Source of the DNA: Pseudomonadota bacterium
GTDB taxonomy: Bacteria > Desulfobacterota > JADFVX01
DNA length: 55,104 bases
Assembly (NCBI GenBank): GCA_015222755.1
Contig: JADFVX010000064.1
Coordinates: forward strand, 1 to 55,104
Direction: 5' to 3'
Part shown: one piece after another, positions 34,213 through 42,883 of the stretch
Layout: each line of letters opens with the position of its first letter
How positions within the stretch are numbered: the stretch's first letter is position 1
Position numbers and translations under genes: made by a program
The notes under the pieces: model-generated
The model's input: only the letters and a program-made list of their open reading frames with translations
Told to the model about the DNA's origin: nothing
Databases searched by the model: none

Positions 34213-35991
34213 CTACTTCTCTGATGCCTCTTTGATGGCCTCCAGTTCCTCCCACCTTTTATAGGACCTGGCAAGTGTCTCTTCTGTCTCTTCCGCTTCA
34301 GCATTAAGCTCGGCGACCTTCCCGCTTTGCTGGTATATCGCAGGGTCGGCCATTAGCTTATAGAGCTCCTCTTTTTTTGCATCAAGGGTCTCGATCTGCC
34401 CGGGCAGTTCATCGAGTTCTGTTTTTTCCTTAAAGCTCAGCTTACGGGGCTTCTTATTTTGCTGGCCGGACTTTGCACCCGCTTTCGCCTTTGTCTTGCC
34501 CTTTGCCTTCCGCTGCCTCAGCCAGTCATCGTAACCGCCGATATACTCTTCCACCCTCTCTTCACCTTCAAATACCAGGGTGCTGGTGACTATATCGTTG
34601 ATAAAGCTGCGGTCGTGGCTTACCAGGAGCAGAGTCCCGGTGTAATCTATGAGCAGTTCTTCCAGCAGGTCCAAAGTCTCCATGTCGAGGTCGTTGGTAG
34701 GTTCGTCCATGACTATCATGTTGGAGGGCTTTGTAAAGAGTTTGGCGAGAAGAAGCCTGTTGCGCTCTCCGCCGGAAAGCACCTTTACGGGGCTTCTCGC
34801 CCTGTCGGGGGTAAAGAGGAAGTCCTGCAGGTAGCCTATTATATGTTTAGGCTTGCCGTTGATGATGACCTGATCGTTACCTTCACCCACGTTTTCCTGC
34901 ACCGTCTTGTCCTCGTCAAGCTGCGAACGGAGCTGGTCGAAGTATGCTATGTCGAGCCTGGTTCCCAGCTTAACTTCCCCTGAGAGCGGCTCTAGCTGGC
35001 CCAGCAGGGTCTTTAAGAGTGTCGTCTTTCCCGCACCGTTTGGGCCTATGATGCCTATCTTGTCGCCGCGCATGATAAGCGTTGAAAGATCGCGGGCCAC
35101 TACCTTGTCTCCGTAACCGCAGGTGACACCTTCCGCCTCGACGACAATCCTGCCGGACTTCCTTGCATCCTGGAGCTTCATGCTTACGCTGCCCGTCTGT
35201 GTGCGCCGTGCCTGTTGCTCCTCGCGCATCTTTTTAAGTGCCCTGACGCGTCCCTCGTTGCGGGTACGCCTTGCCTTTATCCCCTTTCTTATCCAGACCT
35301 CCTCTTCGGCAAGTTTTTTGTCGAAGCGGGAATTCTGGCTCTCCTCGGCCTCAAGCATGGCGTCTCTGCGCTCCAGATAGGAGGGGTAGTCACAGTCCCA
35401 GTTTATCAGCCTGCCCCTGTCGAGTTCTACGATACGTGTTGCCAGCCGCTGGAGGAAGGCCCTGTCATGGGTGATAAATAGTAGAGTGCTGCCGTAGCGG
35501 ATGAGGAAATCTTCCAGCCATAGGATGGAGTCGATATCGAGGTGGTTTGTCGGTTCATCGAGGAGCAGGAGGTGAGGTTCGGTGACAAGCCCACGGGCAA
35601 GCAGCACCCGGCGCTTCAGCCCTGCCGAGAGATTGGCAAAGGGGGCGTCTCCATCGAGAGACATCCTGGAGAGCAATTTTTCTATGCGCTGTTGGTCTTC
35701 CCAGTTGTACTCTTCATCCAGTGCTTCGGCGATTACCTCCGAGACGCTGCCCTCCAGTCCCTTTGGCACTTCCTGGGACAGGGAGGCGACGCGCAGCCCC
35801 TGCTGGCGGACTATCTCACCTCCATCGGGTACGAGCAGTCCCTCGACCAGCTTGAGGAGTGTAGATTTGCCGGCACCGTTACGGCCGAGTATGCAGACGC
35901 GCTCCCCCTCTTCGATTTGAAGCGTTGTCCCGTCGAGTAGTGGTGCCCCGCCGAAGCCGAGGCGGATATCTTGCAGACTGATAAGTGCCAT
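34213..35991 (-). CDS. ABC-F family ATPase (Uup-like, two NBDs + C-terminal coiled coil, no TM domain)
   Basis: Two Walker A motifs (GRNGAGKST, GPNGAGKTT), two signature motifs and two Walker B motifs (LLLDEPTNHLD, IVMDEPTNDLD) are present. Confidence 0.9.
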   Translation of the reverse strand: MALISLQDIRLGFGGAPLLDGTTLQIEEGERVCILGRNGAGKSTLLKLVEGLLVPDGGEIVRQQGLRVASLSQEVPKGLEGSVSEVIAEALDEEYNWEDQQRIEKLLSRMSLDGDAPFANLSAGLKRRVLLARGLVTEPHLLLLDEPTNHLDIDSILWLEDFLIRYGSTLLFITHDRAFLQRLATRIVELDRGRLINWDCDYPSYLERRDAMLEAEESQNSRFDKKLAEEEVWIRKGIKARRTRNEGRVRALKKMREEQQARRTQTGSVSMKLQDARKSGRIVVEAEGVTCGYGDKVVARDLSTLIMRGDKIGIIGPNGAGKTTLLKTLLGQLEPLSGEVKLGTRLDIAYFDQLRSQLDEDKTVQENVGEGNDQVIINGKPKHIIGYLQDFLFTPDRARSPVKVLSGGERNRLLLAKLFTKPSNMIVMDEPTNDLDMETLDLLEELLIDYTGTLLLVSHDRSFINDIVTSTLVFEGEERVEEYIGGYDDWLRQRKAKGKTKAKAGAKSGQQNKKPRKLSFKEKTELDELPGQIETLDAKKEELYKLMADPAIYQQSGKVAELNAEAEETEETLARSYKRWEELEAIKEASEK

Positions 35992-36066
35992 TAATTTTCT
36001 CTCATAAAAAGTGTAGTGGAACTAAACACCTGGTTTGTAAGGGGCTTGTATAATATAGATTTAAGG

Positions 36067-37053
36067 CTATGATGCGACTGCCTGGCAGCGACCCTTGTCC
36101 TTTGCCTTGTAAAGCCTCTGATCGGCAATATCGACAAGATCGCTCCAAGTGGCATTTGCCTTTTCTTCAATCTCACAGCAGTTTCCGATACCTATACTTA
36201 TGGTGAGTACCTTAAAAGAGCTTTTTTCGTGAGGGATTTTAAGTGACTGAACATCTTTAACAATCTCTCCCGCTTTTAAGGCCGTATCCTTAAGCCCTGT
36301 TTCAGGCATCAGAAGCAGGAATTCCTCTCCCCCATAACGGTAGAGCCTGTCTGCCTCGCGTATGATAAATTCTATGCGATTGGCCACTTTTTTCAGCACG
36401 TCATCTCCTGCAAGGTGACCGTAATGATCATTGTAATTTTTAAAATAGTCTATATCGATGAGCATTACCGAATAGTGAAACTGGTAGCGCGTGGCTGAAG
36501 CGTGAGTATGTTGCAGATCCACTTCCATTGCCCTGCGATTGCCGATACCAAGTAGTGCATCTTCCATTGATAGAGCCTTCAACTCTTTGTTTGCCCGGAT
36601 TAATTCCCGGGTTCGCTCATCTATAGATGTTTCTACTATCTCCCGTTGATGTTCGTAGAGATTGAAGTGAGCTTTTACAAGGTCGGACTGTGTGACAATC
36701 CCGACAATCCTGCCGTCGGGATTAATAACCGGAAGGTGGCGCACTTTTTCTGCCCTGGCTACAACCAGGGCCTCAAAAAGGGTATCGCTTTCGTTAACTG
36801 TAACAGGTGGGCTTGACATCACATCTGAAATTATTGTGGTAGCTGGTGAAATAGGTGGGCTATGATCGGCCATCAGTTTTACAATGTCCCGCTCTGTGAG
36901 GATCCCCACCGGTTTCTCTTCTTCACTGATTACGATACATGAAAAGCGCTTGTCCCGCATGATTAGTAGAGCTTTCCCCAAGGTCTCGCCAGGGGCAACG
37001 CAGTAAACCTTTTTGGTCATAAGGTTTTGAATGCCGGTAGATATATTTTTCAT
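36067..37053 (-). CDS. CBS-pair + GGDEF diguanylate cyclase
   Basis: Two CBS motifs, a coiled-coil linker and a GGDEF domain with an intact RYGGEEF are present. ATG 37053 has a better RBS than 37077. Confidence 0.88.
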   Translation of the reverse strand: MKNISTGIQNLMTKKVYCVAPGETLGKALLIMRDKRFSCIVISEEEKPVGILTERDIVKLMADHSPPISPATTIISDVMSSPPVTVNESDTLFEALVVARAEKVRHLPVINPDGRIVGIVTQSDLVKAHFNLYEHQREIVETSIDERTRELIRANKELKALSMEDALLGIGNRRAMEVDLQHTHASATRYQFHYSVMLIDIDYFKNYNDHYGHLAGDDVLKKVANRIEFIIREADRLYRYGGEEFLLLMPETGLKDTALKAGEIVKDVQSLKIPHEKSSFKVLTISIGIGNCCEIEEKANATWSDLVDIADQRLYKAKDKGRCQAVAS

Positions 37054-37199
37054 GAAGGCCCCTTGAGATAAAGACATGAATTATATCATATTTCAAGGGG
37101 TGTTGCTAGGCAGGTGCAGGCCATCTCGTCCAAAATTTTTTGACGGGGGAGAGGGAACTAAGGCCATTTAGTTACAAAACAAAGATTAGAACTCTTGCT

Positions 37200-37535
37200 T
37201 TAATCAAGGGCGCACTCTTCGCAGAAAAACTCATCTGGTGATTCGGTCAGGCGTTCCATGGCAATGGGTTTTGCGCAGTCAACGCAGATACCATAATCAG
37301 GGGCATCGATACGTTTAACGGTGGCTTCAAGGCGCGGTATCCTTGCAATGGCAGCCCTCATCTCCGCCTCGCAGCGCCTTTTGTAGTCCAGAGACTCACG
37401 GCGTGTAGCGCTGTCCATCTCGCTGTCAGGCGGTATCTGGCCTACTGAAAACTCCAGTGCAGAAATCCTTTCCTGCAGCGCCTCAAGCTCTGCGAGGGTT
37501 TTTTGTTTCAGGCTTTTTCTTTCATCATCCGTCAT
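37200..37535 (-). CDS. DksA/TraR-family C4 zinc-finger protein
   Basis: 111 aa with a coiled-coil N-terminus and CVDC-x17-CEEC. Confidence 0.8.
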   Translation of the reverse strand: MTDDERKSLKQKTLAELEALQERISALEFSVGQIPPDSEMDSATRRESLDYKRRCEAEMRAAIARIPRLEATVKRIDAPDYGICVDCAKPIAMERLTESPDEFFCEECALD

Positions 37536-37608
37536 TTTCTATCAACTATATCCTTTGTTTTTTATAGTACTCTGTTTTTGTATAGTTTGTGCCAAAAAAG
37601 TAGCCGTC

Positions 37609-39792
37609 TTATATTTTTTCCAGGTTGGCGTATTTAAGGACCAGGTTTTTCAGCCCGATCCTCGGGAAATATACAGAGACCTTGGCCTTGTCGCCTGTCC
37701 CTTCTCCCCCACGAACCACTCCTTCGGCAAATGTGGGATGGCGCACCTTGTCGCCTTTGTTATAGCCTCCTGCCGCTTCCCCCCTTGCGGCACCCGACTC
37801 ATCAAAACCTGCTCCCGCCAGACCGCCTTTGACAGTCTTATTTTCCTGGAAGGATACAGCTGTCTTATTGCTGAATATGGGAGCAAAGTCGGGCACGATG
37901 TTCAGGTTTTTAGTCAATCCTTCCGGAATGTCACTCAGGTAGCGTGAGGGGAGGTTGTGCTGGTCTGATCCGAATACGCGCCGCCTGTCGGCATGGCTCA
38001 GGTAAAGCCGCTCCATCGCCCTAGTCATCCCTACATAGCAGAGCCGCCTCTCCTCTTCCAGCCCTTCAGGGTCGTCCTTAGAGCGGCTGTGGGGGAAGAG
38101 GTTCTCCTCCATGCCTGCCATGAAGACTACTGGAAACTCAAGCCCCTTAGCACCGTGAAGAGTCATAAGCGTGAGTCGCTCCTCCTGGTCATCAAGCTTG
38201 TCCGCCTCGCTCATCAGCACGGCCCTTTCAAGAAATGCCTCTATGCTGAAGTCCTCCTCCTCGCCTGCTTGCTCCCGAATGGCCTCTTCAAGCTCTTCAA
38301 GGTTTTCAATGCGGCTTCTGTTCTCGATAGTTTTTTCTTCCTTAAGTTTTTTCAGATAGCCGCTTTTTTCTATCACCTTCTCAAGCAGTCCTACGGGGTC
38401 AAGCTCGTCTTTGAGGGAGATAAGTTCTTCCATCATGGCCCGGAAGGCGACTACTTTTTTATTATTCTCTTCCCTCTCTACGGCCCGATAGATAGAAAAG
38501 CCATTGGTTATGGCACTCTCCTCCAGCTCCTCTATGGTTTTCTTCCCTATGCCCCTTGGCGGGGTGTTGATTATCCTCTTCATTGCCACAGTATCATCGG
38601 GATTTATGATGACACGGAGGTAGCCCAGAATATCCTTGACCTCCATACGGTCGTAGAACTTCATGCCTCCGACAACGGTGTAGCTTATACCCCGCTTTAC
38701 CAGTTCGTCCTCTATGACCCTCGACTGGGAGTTGGTGCGATAGAATATGGCAAAGTCCTTAAGTCCCCTGTTCTCTGTCTGGTGGAGGGAGCTTATCTCA
38801 TCGATGATGAAACGGGCCTCTTCATATTCATTGCCAGTACGGCATATAGTCAGCGGCTCTCCCTCACTCCCCTCGGTCCATAGTTCCTTGCCTTTTCTGC
38901 CCAGATTTTTTTCCACAACGGCGCCTGCAGCAGAGAGTATCCGCTGTGTGGAGCGGTAGTTCTGTTCCAGCCTTACAATGTGTGCACCGGGGAAATCCCG
39001 CTCGAAATCAAGGATGTTCTGGATGTCGGCACCACGCCAGCGATATATAGACTGGTCGTCATCGCCGACGACGGTTATATTCATGGTCTTTCCGGCCAGC
39101 AGTTTGATCAGCTGGTACTGCACGGGGTTTGTGTCCTGGTATTCATCTACGAGTAGGTATCGCCATTTTTCACGGTATGTCTCCAGCAGGTCGGGGCATT
39201 CATTGAAGAGGCGGACTGTGAGATAGATGAGATCGCCAAAGTCGAGGGCATTACCCTCCTTAAGGAGCTTGCCATATGACTCTACGACGGTGACGATTTT
39301 TTCCTTGAAAAACCCGAAGGATGTGCGGGCCGAATCGACAGGGGGCACTCCCCTGTTTTTCGCATCGTTTATTATGGATTGTATCCGCTTAGGGTTGATG
39401 GCCTTTTCATCCAGGCCTTCCCGGTCCAGTATTGTCTTGATAGCAGAAATCTGGTCACGATCATCGTATATGGCAAAGCTGGAGCTGTAGCCGATGCGGT
39501 CTATATGCCGTCGCAGAATGGCGGCACAGATGGCGTGGAAGGTTCCGACGGAGAGCTCAGCGCCGCCGCTTCCAAGGAGTTCCTTTATCCTCTCTCGCAT
39601 CTCCCCTGCCGCCCTGTTGGTAAAGGTAACGGCCATGATGTTCCAGGGGCTGACCTCCTTTTTTTCGATTAGGTAGGCTACGCGATAAGTAATTACCCGT
39701 GTCTTGCCGCTTCCTGCCCCGGCAAGTATGAGCAGGGGGCCATCACCGTATGTTGCAGCCTCGTATTGTTTTTCGTTGAGAGAATCTATCAT
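37609..39792 (-). CDS. uvrD: ATP-dependent DNA helicase UvrD/PcrA
   Basis: SF1 motifs AGAGSGKT, TFTNRAA, VDEYQDTN and a C-terminal Tudor-like tail are present. 727 aa. Confidence 0.92.
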   Translation of the reverse strand: MIDSLNEKQYEAATYGDGPLLILAGAGSGKTRVITYRVAYLIEKKEVSPWNIMAVTFTNRAAGEMRERIKELLGSGGAELSVGTFHAICAAILRRHIDRIGYSSSFAIYDDRDQISAIKTILDREGLDEKAINPKRIQSIINDAKNRGVPPVDSARTSFGFFKEKIVTVVESYGKLLKEGNALDFGDLIYLTVRLFNECPDLLETYREKWRYLLVDEYQDTNPVQYQLIKLLAGKTMNITVVGDDDQSIYRWRGADIQNILDFERDFPGAHIVRLEQNYRSTQRILSAAGAVVEKNLGRKGKELWTEGSEGEPLTICRTGNEYEEARFIIDEISSLHQTENRGLKDFAIFYRTNSQSRVIEDELVKRGISYTVVGGMKFYDRMEVKDILGYLRVIINPDDTVAMKRIINTPPRGIGKKTIEELEESAITNGFSIYRAVEREENNKKVVAFRAMMEELISLKDELDPVGLLEKVIEKSGYLKKLKEEKTIENRSRIENLEELEEAIREQAGEEEDFSIEAFLERAVLMSEADKLDDQEERLTLMTLHGAKGLEFPVVFMAGMEENLFPHSRSKDDPEGLEEERRLCYVGMTRAMERLYLSHADRRRVFGSDQHNLPSRYLSDIPEGLTKNLNIVPDFAPIFSNKTAVSFQENKTVKGGLAGAGFDESGAARGEAAGGYNKGDKVRHPTFAEGVVRGGEGTGDKAKVSVYFPRIGLKNLVLKYANLEKI

Positions 39793-39795
39793 TGT

Positions 39796-40485
39796 TTAGT
39801 CAAAAAGATTGTATCTGAGTATGCAGTATAGCGCTCTCACCCCATCTTTCCATCCTATTTTTTTCCCCTCTTCATATGTACGGCCTGAATAGGATATCCC
39901 GACTTCATAAATTCTTAAATGTTTCTTCGCCATTTTTGCTGTTATCTCTGGTTCAATGCCAAAGCGGTTTTCCTTTATTGTGATGCCTTGGATCACTTCT
40001 CTTCGAAAGGCTTTGTAACATGTCTCCATATCCGTCAGATTCAGATTGGTAAACATGTTGGACATTAGAGTCAAAAAGCGGTTTCCTATCATGTGCCAGA
40101 AATAGACGACGCGATGCGCATCACCACCCATAAACCTTGAACCGTAAACAACATCAGCCTTACCTTCTATAATTGGCGTAATAAGTTTAAGGTATTCCTC
40201 AGGGTTGTACTCCAGGTCAGCATCCTGTATAACGACTATATCACCGCTGGCACTATGGAAGCCTTCTCTTAGAGCAGCTCCCTTACCGCTATTTTTCTCC
40301 AGGTAAATAACCTTGTCAACCAGCGGCTCAATATCTGTGCGCAGTATTTCCCGCGTTCCGTCTGTAGAACAGTCGTCAACGATAATAATTTCAAATGGCG
40401 TATAAGAGCAATTCCTAACGGCACTTACTACCTCCCTGATGGTTTCTTTCTCATTAAAACAGGGGATGACAACGGATAATCTCAT
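39796..40485 (-). CDS. Family 2 glycosyltransferase (polyprenyl-phosphate sugar synthase type: DPM1/GtrB/ArnC-like)
   Basis: Motifs seen: [28 protein letters not shown]. 229 aa, soluble/peripheral. Confidence 0.88.
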   Translation of the reverse strand: MRLSVVIPCFNEKETIREVVSAVRNCSYTPFEIIIVDDCSTDGTREILRTDIEPLVDKVIYLEKNSGKGAALREGFHSASGDIVVIQDADLEYNPEEYLKLITPIIEGKADVVYGSRFMGGDAHRVVYFWHMIGNRFLTLMSNMFTNLNLTDMETCYKAFRREVIQGITIKENRFGIEPEITAKMAKKHLRIYEVGISYSGRTYEEGKKIGWKDGVRALYCILRYNLFD

Positions 40486-40543
40486 TATATGGTATCCTTT
40501 CTTGGCAAAATTAAATTTGATTTAGCTTTAAGAGATCCCGCGG

Positions 40544-40831
40544 CTAAATCTTTGTTTGGGGCTTATCAGAAGTTAAACCTTCTGCAGGGCCTGACAAAAT
40601 ATACAAATAGTTTAAAGTATAGCCTATCGGGCCGAAAAAAAGTGCATATATAAGAAGTTCAATTTCAAATTTATATCTCATTGAGTCTGCGTAAGGTGCC
40701 AATACAGAACCTGCTGTTCCAAAGAAGATAATCGTTAAAAAATAAAGACTCCAGCCTGGGCCGCAGCAAGGGCTTAAATAAAAGGCTTCTTTATAGAAGC
40801 CTTTTTGAAAGGCCATTTTGATATTTTTCAA
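40544..40831 (-). CDS. Possible small 2-TM membrane protein
   Basis: The ORF sits between the GT-C and GT2 genes and is hydrophobic. It overlaps the upstream gene by 26-41 nt and lacks a clear RBS. Confidence 0.3.
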   Translation of the reverse strand: MKNIKMAFQKGFYKEAFYLSPCCGPGWSLYFLTIIFFGTAGSVLAPYADSMRYKFEIELLIYALFFGPIGYTLNYLYILSGPAEGLTSDKPQTKI

Positions 40832-42221
40832 TAGGATTTAAATTCTTTGCCGCAATTAATGTGACAATGTAATACATCATGGGAATAAAGATTAAAATAT
40901 TACGATTAACAGCCATTAAATTCATGGTATATAAATAATTCCCGGAAGTAATATAGGTGACCAGAAACAATCCCATAATAAAAAATAGCGTTGTAACGAG
41001 ATATTTGATATTAGATCCTAAAACTATTTTCACGCTAAGCAGTAAGGTTGAGAAAAAGAAAAAGAAGATAATATTGAAATTCGCTGAGTACATAATTTGA
41101 TCCCACATTACAGGGAGTACCTCAAAATGTAGTCCCGACTTCAAAAAACCTTCTCCTCGTTCTGAAGCAATATTATTTGCAAATAAAAAAGTATGCCATG
41201 GGATTGCAATGACAAATATTGGGACTATGAATGCGAACAAGCTCCTGAGGGCTAGTTTTTTGAGCAATAAAAATATTACGATAGTGCCTGAAAAAGCTAT
41301 TACAAGGAAAACCCCTTCCAGTTTTGTCCACATACCCAAACCTATATACGCACCTAAAATGAATAACAATTTACGAGCATTGCGCTTTTCACCTATAGCA
41401 ATATTCATGTATCTTCCCAAAATTATTGTAGATACCAAAGTGTAATAGCTTAAAGGAAGGTCTGCGTAGGCAGTGATTGAGTGATAGCTTAGAAGGGGAA
41501 CACTTGATAAAAAGAAAGTTGCCAGGATGGCAGCAAATAAGGACACCTCTCTTTTAAGTGCAGAGTATATAAGGCAAAGAATACTGATAAAAAACACAAC
41601 ATTCCATAGCTTAACAAACACATCGTTAAACTCTCCCACACAAAGAGAAAACCATACCTGCATCAAAGGTAGGTGTAGAGGGTAAGACAAAAAGGTCCTG
41701 TATCCCCTGCCAAAGAAAAATTCATTGGAATCTTCAAGAGCCAAGCCTTTTTCATAGAAAAAAAACTTTGCCCCTAAGCTCCAGTTCATCATGCTGTCAG
41801 GGGCGTGTACGGGCCAGATAAAACTCTGATGAATTATGAAGAAAAGCCTTAGAACAAGCCATGAAATAAAGAATAAAGAAAGAAGTTTTTCCATTTTTGA
41901 AAGATGCTTGAAGCTATTTGCTAGAGCCGGTTGTCTTAAACGGAGCACCTGGCGTAAAGGCATGTTGTCTTTATAGATTAAGTAAGCAAATAAGATGATC
42001 AGTGAAAACGGAATAAGTGAAACTCCCAACAAGTTAAATTCAATCCCCAAAATACCAAGAAGAAACATTGCGAAGCTTGTAATACCTATTCCAAGCCCAA
42101 ATCCAAGGGATAGTCTTTCCAAAAAAGACTGCTCATCATCAAAGCTGTAAAAATAAGAGATAAATAAAAACCCCGCGAAGGTAGGCAGTAAGACAGCATA
42201 TGAAATTTTAAGAAATATCAT
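40791..42221 (-). CDS. Polytopic GT-C-type glycosyltransferase (ArnT/PMT, GT39/GT83-like)
   Basis: 476 aa with about 12 TM helices, typical GT-C size and topology. It neighbours a polyprenyl-P-sugar synthase-type GT2. Confidence 0.65.
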   Translation of the reverse strand: MIFLKISYAVLLPTFAGFLFISYFYSFDDEQSFLERLSLGFGLGIGITSFAMFLLGILGIEFNLLGVSLIPFSLIILFAYLIYKDNMPLRQVLRLRQPALANSFKHLSKMEKLLSLFFISWLVLRLFFIIHQSFIWPVHAPDSMMNWSLGAKFFFYEKGLALEDSNEFFFGRGYRTFLSYPLHLPLMQVWFSLCVGEFNDVFVKLWNVVFFISILCLIYSALKREVSLFAAILATFFLSSVPLLSYHSITAYADLPLSYYTLVSTIILGRYMNIAIGEKRNARKLLFILGAYIGLGMWTKLEGVFLVIAFSGTIVIFLLLKKLALRSLFAFIVPIFVIAIPWHTFLFANNIASERGEGFLKSGLHFEVLPVMWDQIMYSANFNIIFFFFFSTLLLSVKIVLGSNIKYLVTTLFFIMGLFLVTYITSGNYLYTMNLMAVNRNILIFIPMMYYIVTLIAAKNLNPIEKYQNGLSKRLL

Positions 42222-42862
42222 TTGTTTTCCTGTAGTGTTTTATACAGGGTTATATTGTTACCGTATGATGCTATTTGCCTTACTTCCTCTCCGATTACTT
42301 TGCCGTTAAGGCTTAGAGTTTTTTTGTCGGGAGTAAGCAGTATCTCTCCGGCTTTATATACAAAAATATAATTCCCTGAAAGGGACTCAGGAGTAGAGAC
42401 CTTCCTTGGCAAGTAATAATATTTTAACCTATACCAGTAATGAATATAATCATTACCTATATAAAGCCTTAACTTATCTTCAGGGGGGATTTTTTCTTTT
42501 AGCAATTTGGATAAAGAGTATGGCACTTTAGCATCAAAAGCGTAGGTCTTTTCTTCAAAGCTTTTGTTTGATAAAAGCTTAACATCTCTTTGCCATTGCT
42601 TAAACCAACTGTAATCCATTCTGGCAGAAAATAGAGTTCCTGCAATTAAACAAGAAAAAATAAGGGATTTTGCGATTGAGTGAAGTTGTATCGATCTTGA
42701 TTTAATAAGGTGGCCAATCATAAAAAACGCAGCTACTACATAAAGTATTTTTATGAATGATATTTTACCTACAAGGGGTGTATCAATAAAATTGACTGTA
42801 GTAGAATATATATAGCTTACCTGCCAGAATTGATCCCATATCGCCTGCATAAATCCACTCAA
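42218..42862 (-). CDS. Membrane-anchored hypothetical protein (2 N-terminal TM segments + ~120-aa extracytoplasmic domain)
   Basis: A 4-nt overlap (ATGA) links it to the GT-C gene. It is AT-rich like its neighbours. Confidence 0.5.
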   Translation of the reverse strand: MSGFMQAIWDQFWQVSYIYSTTVNFIDTPLVGKISFIKILYVVAAFFMIGHLIKSRSIQLHSIAKSLIFSCLIAGTLFSARMDYSWFKQWQRDVKLLSNKSFEEKTYAFDAKVPYSLSKLLKEKIPPEDKLRLYIGNDYIHYWYRLKYYYLPRKVSTPESLSGNYIFVYKAGEILLTPDKKTLSLNGKVIGEEVRQIASYGNNITLYKTLQENK

Positions 42863-42883
42863 CTGTATAATTTGTCTAAAAAA

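Noticed and set aside
33795-34235. 146-aa plus-strand ORF between the OMP gene and ABC-F
   Set aside because: It runs through the ABC-F terminator hairpin and the duplicated segment into the ABC-F 3-prime end. It has no RBS and is most likely spurious.
19421-34388. Both repeat pairs (19421/24551 and 28921/34056) are spaced about 5.1 kb apart
   Set aside because: The two repeat families are unrelated in sequence and the bracketed gene contents differ. I treat the equal spacing as coincidence.
34459-34983. Long antisense ORFs inside well-supported genes. Examples are 34459-34983 and 35542-35940 in ABC-F, 37993-38883 in uvrD, 12118-12642 in bioB, 7003-7509 in PBP1A, 45304-45807 in glmS, 51126-51656 in ubiD and 50398-50829 in queE-like.
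   Set aside because: Each lies opposite a gene with clear family motifs. Their translations are low-complexity (Ser/Pro/Arg-rich) and they lack an RBS. They are typical shadow ORFs.
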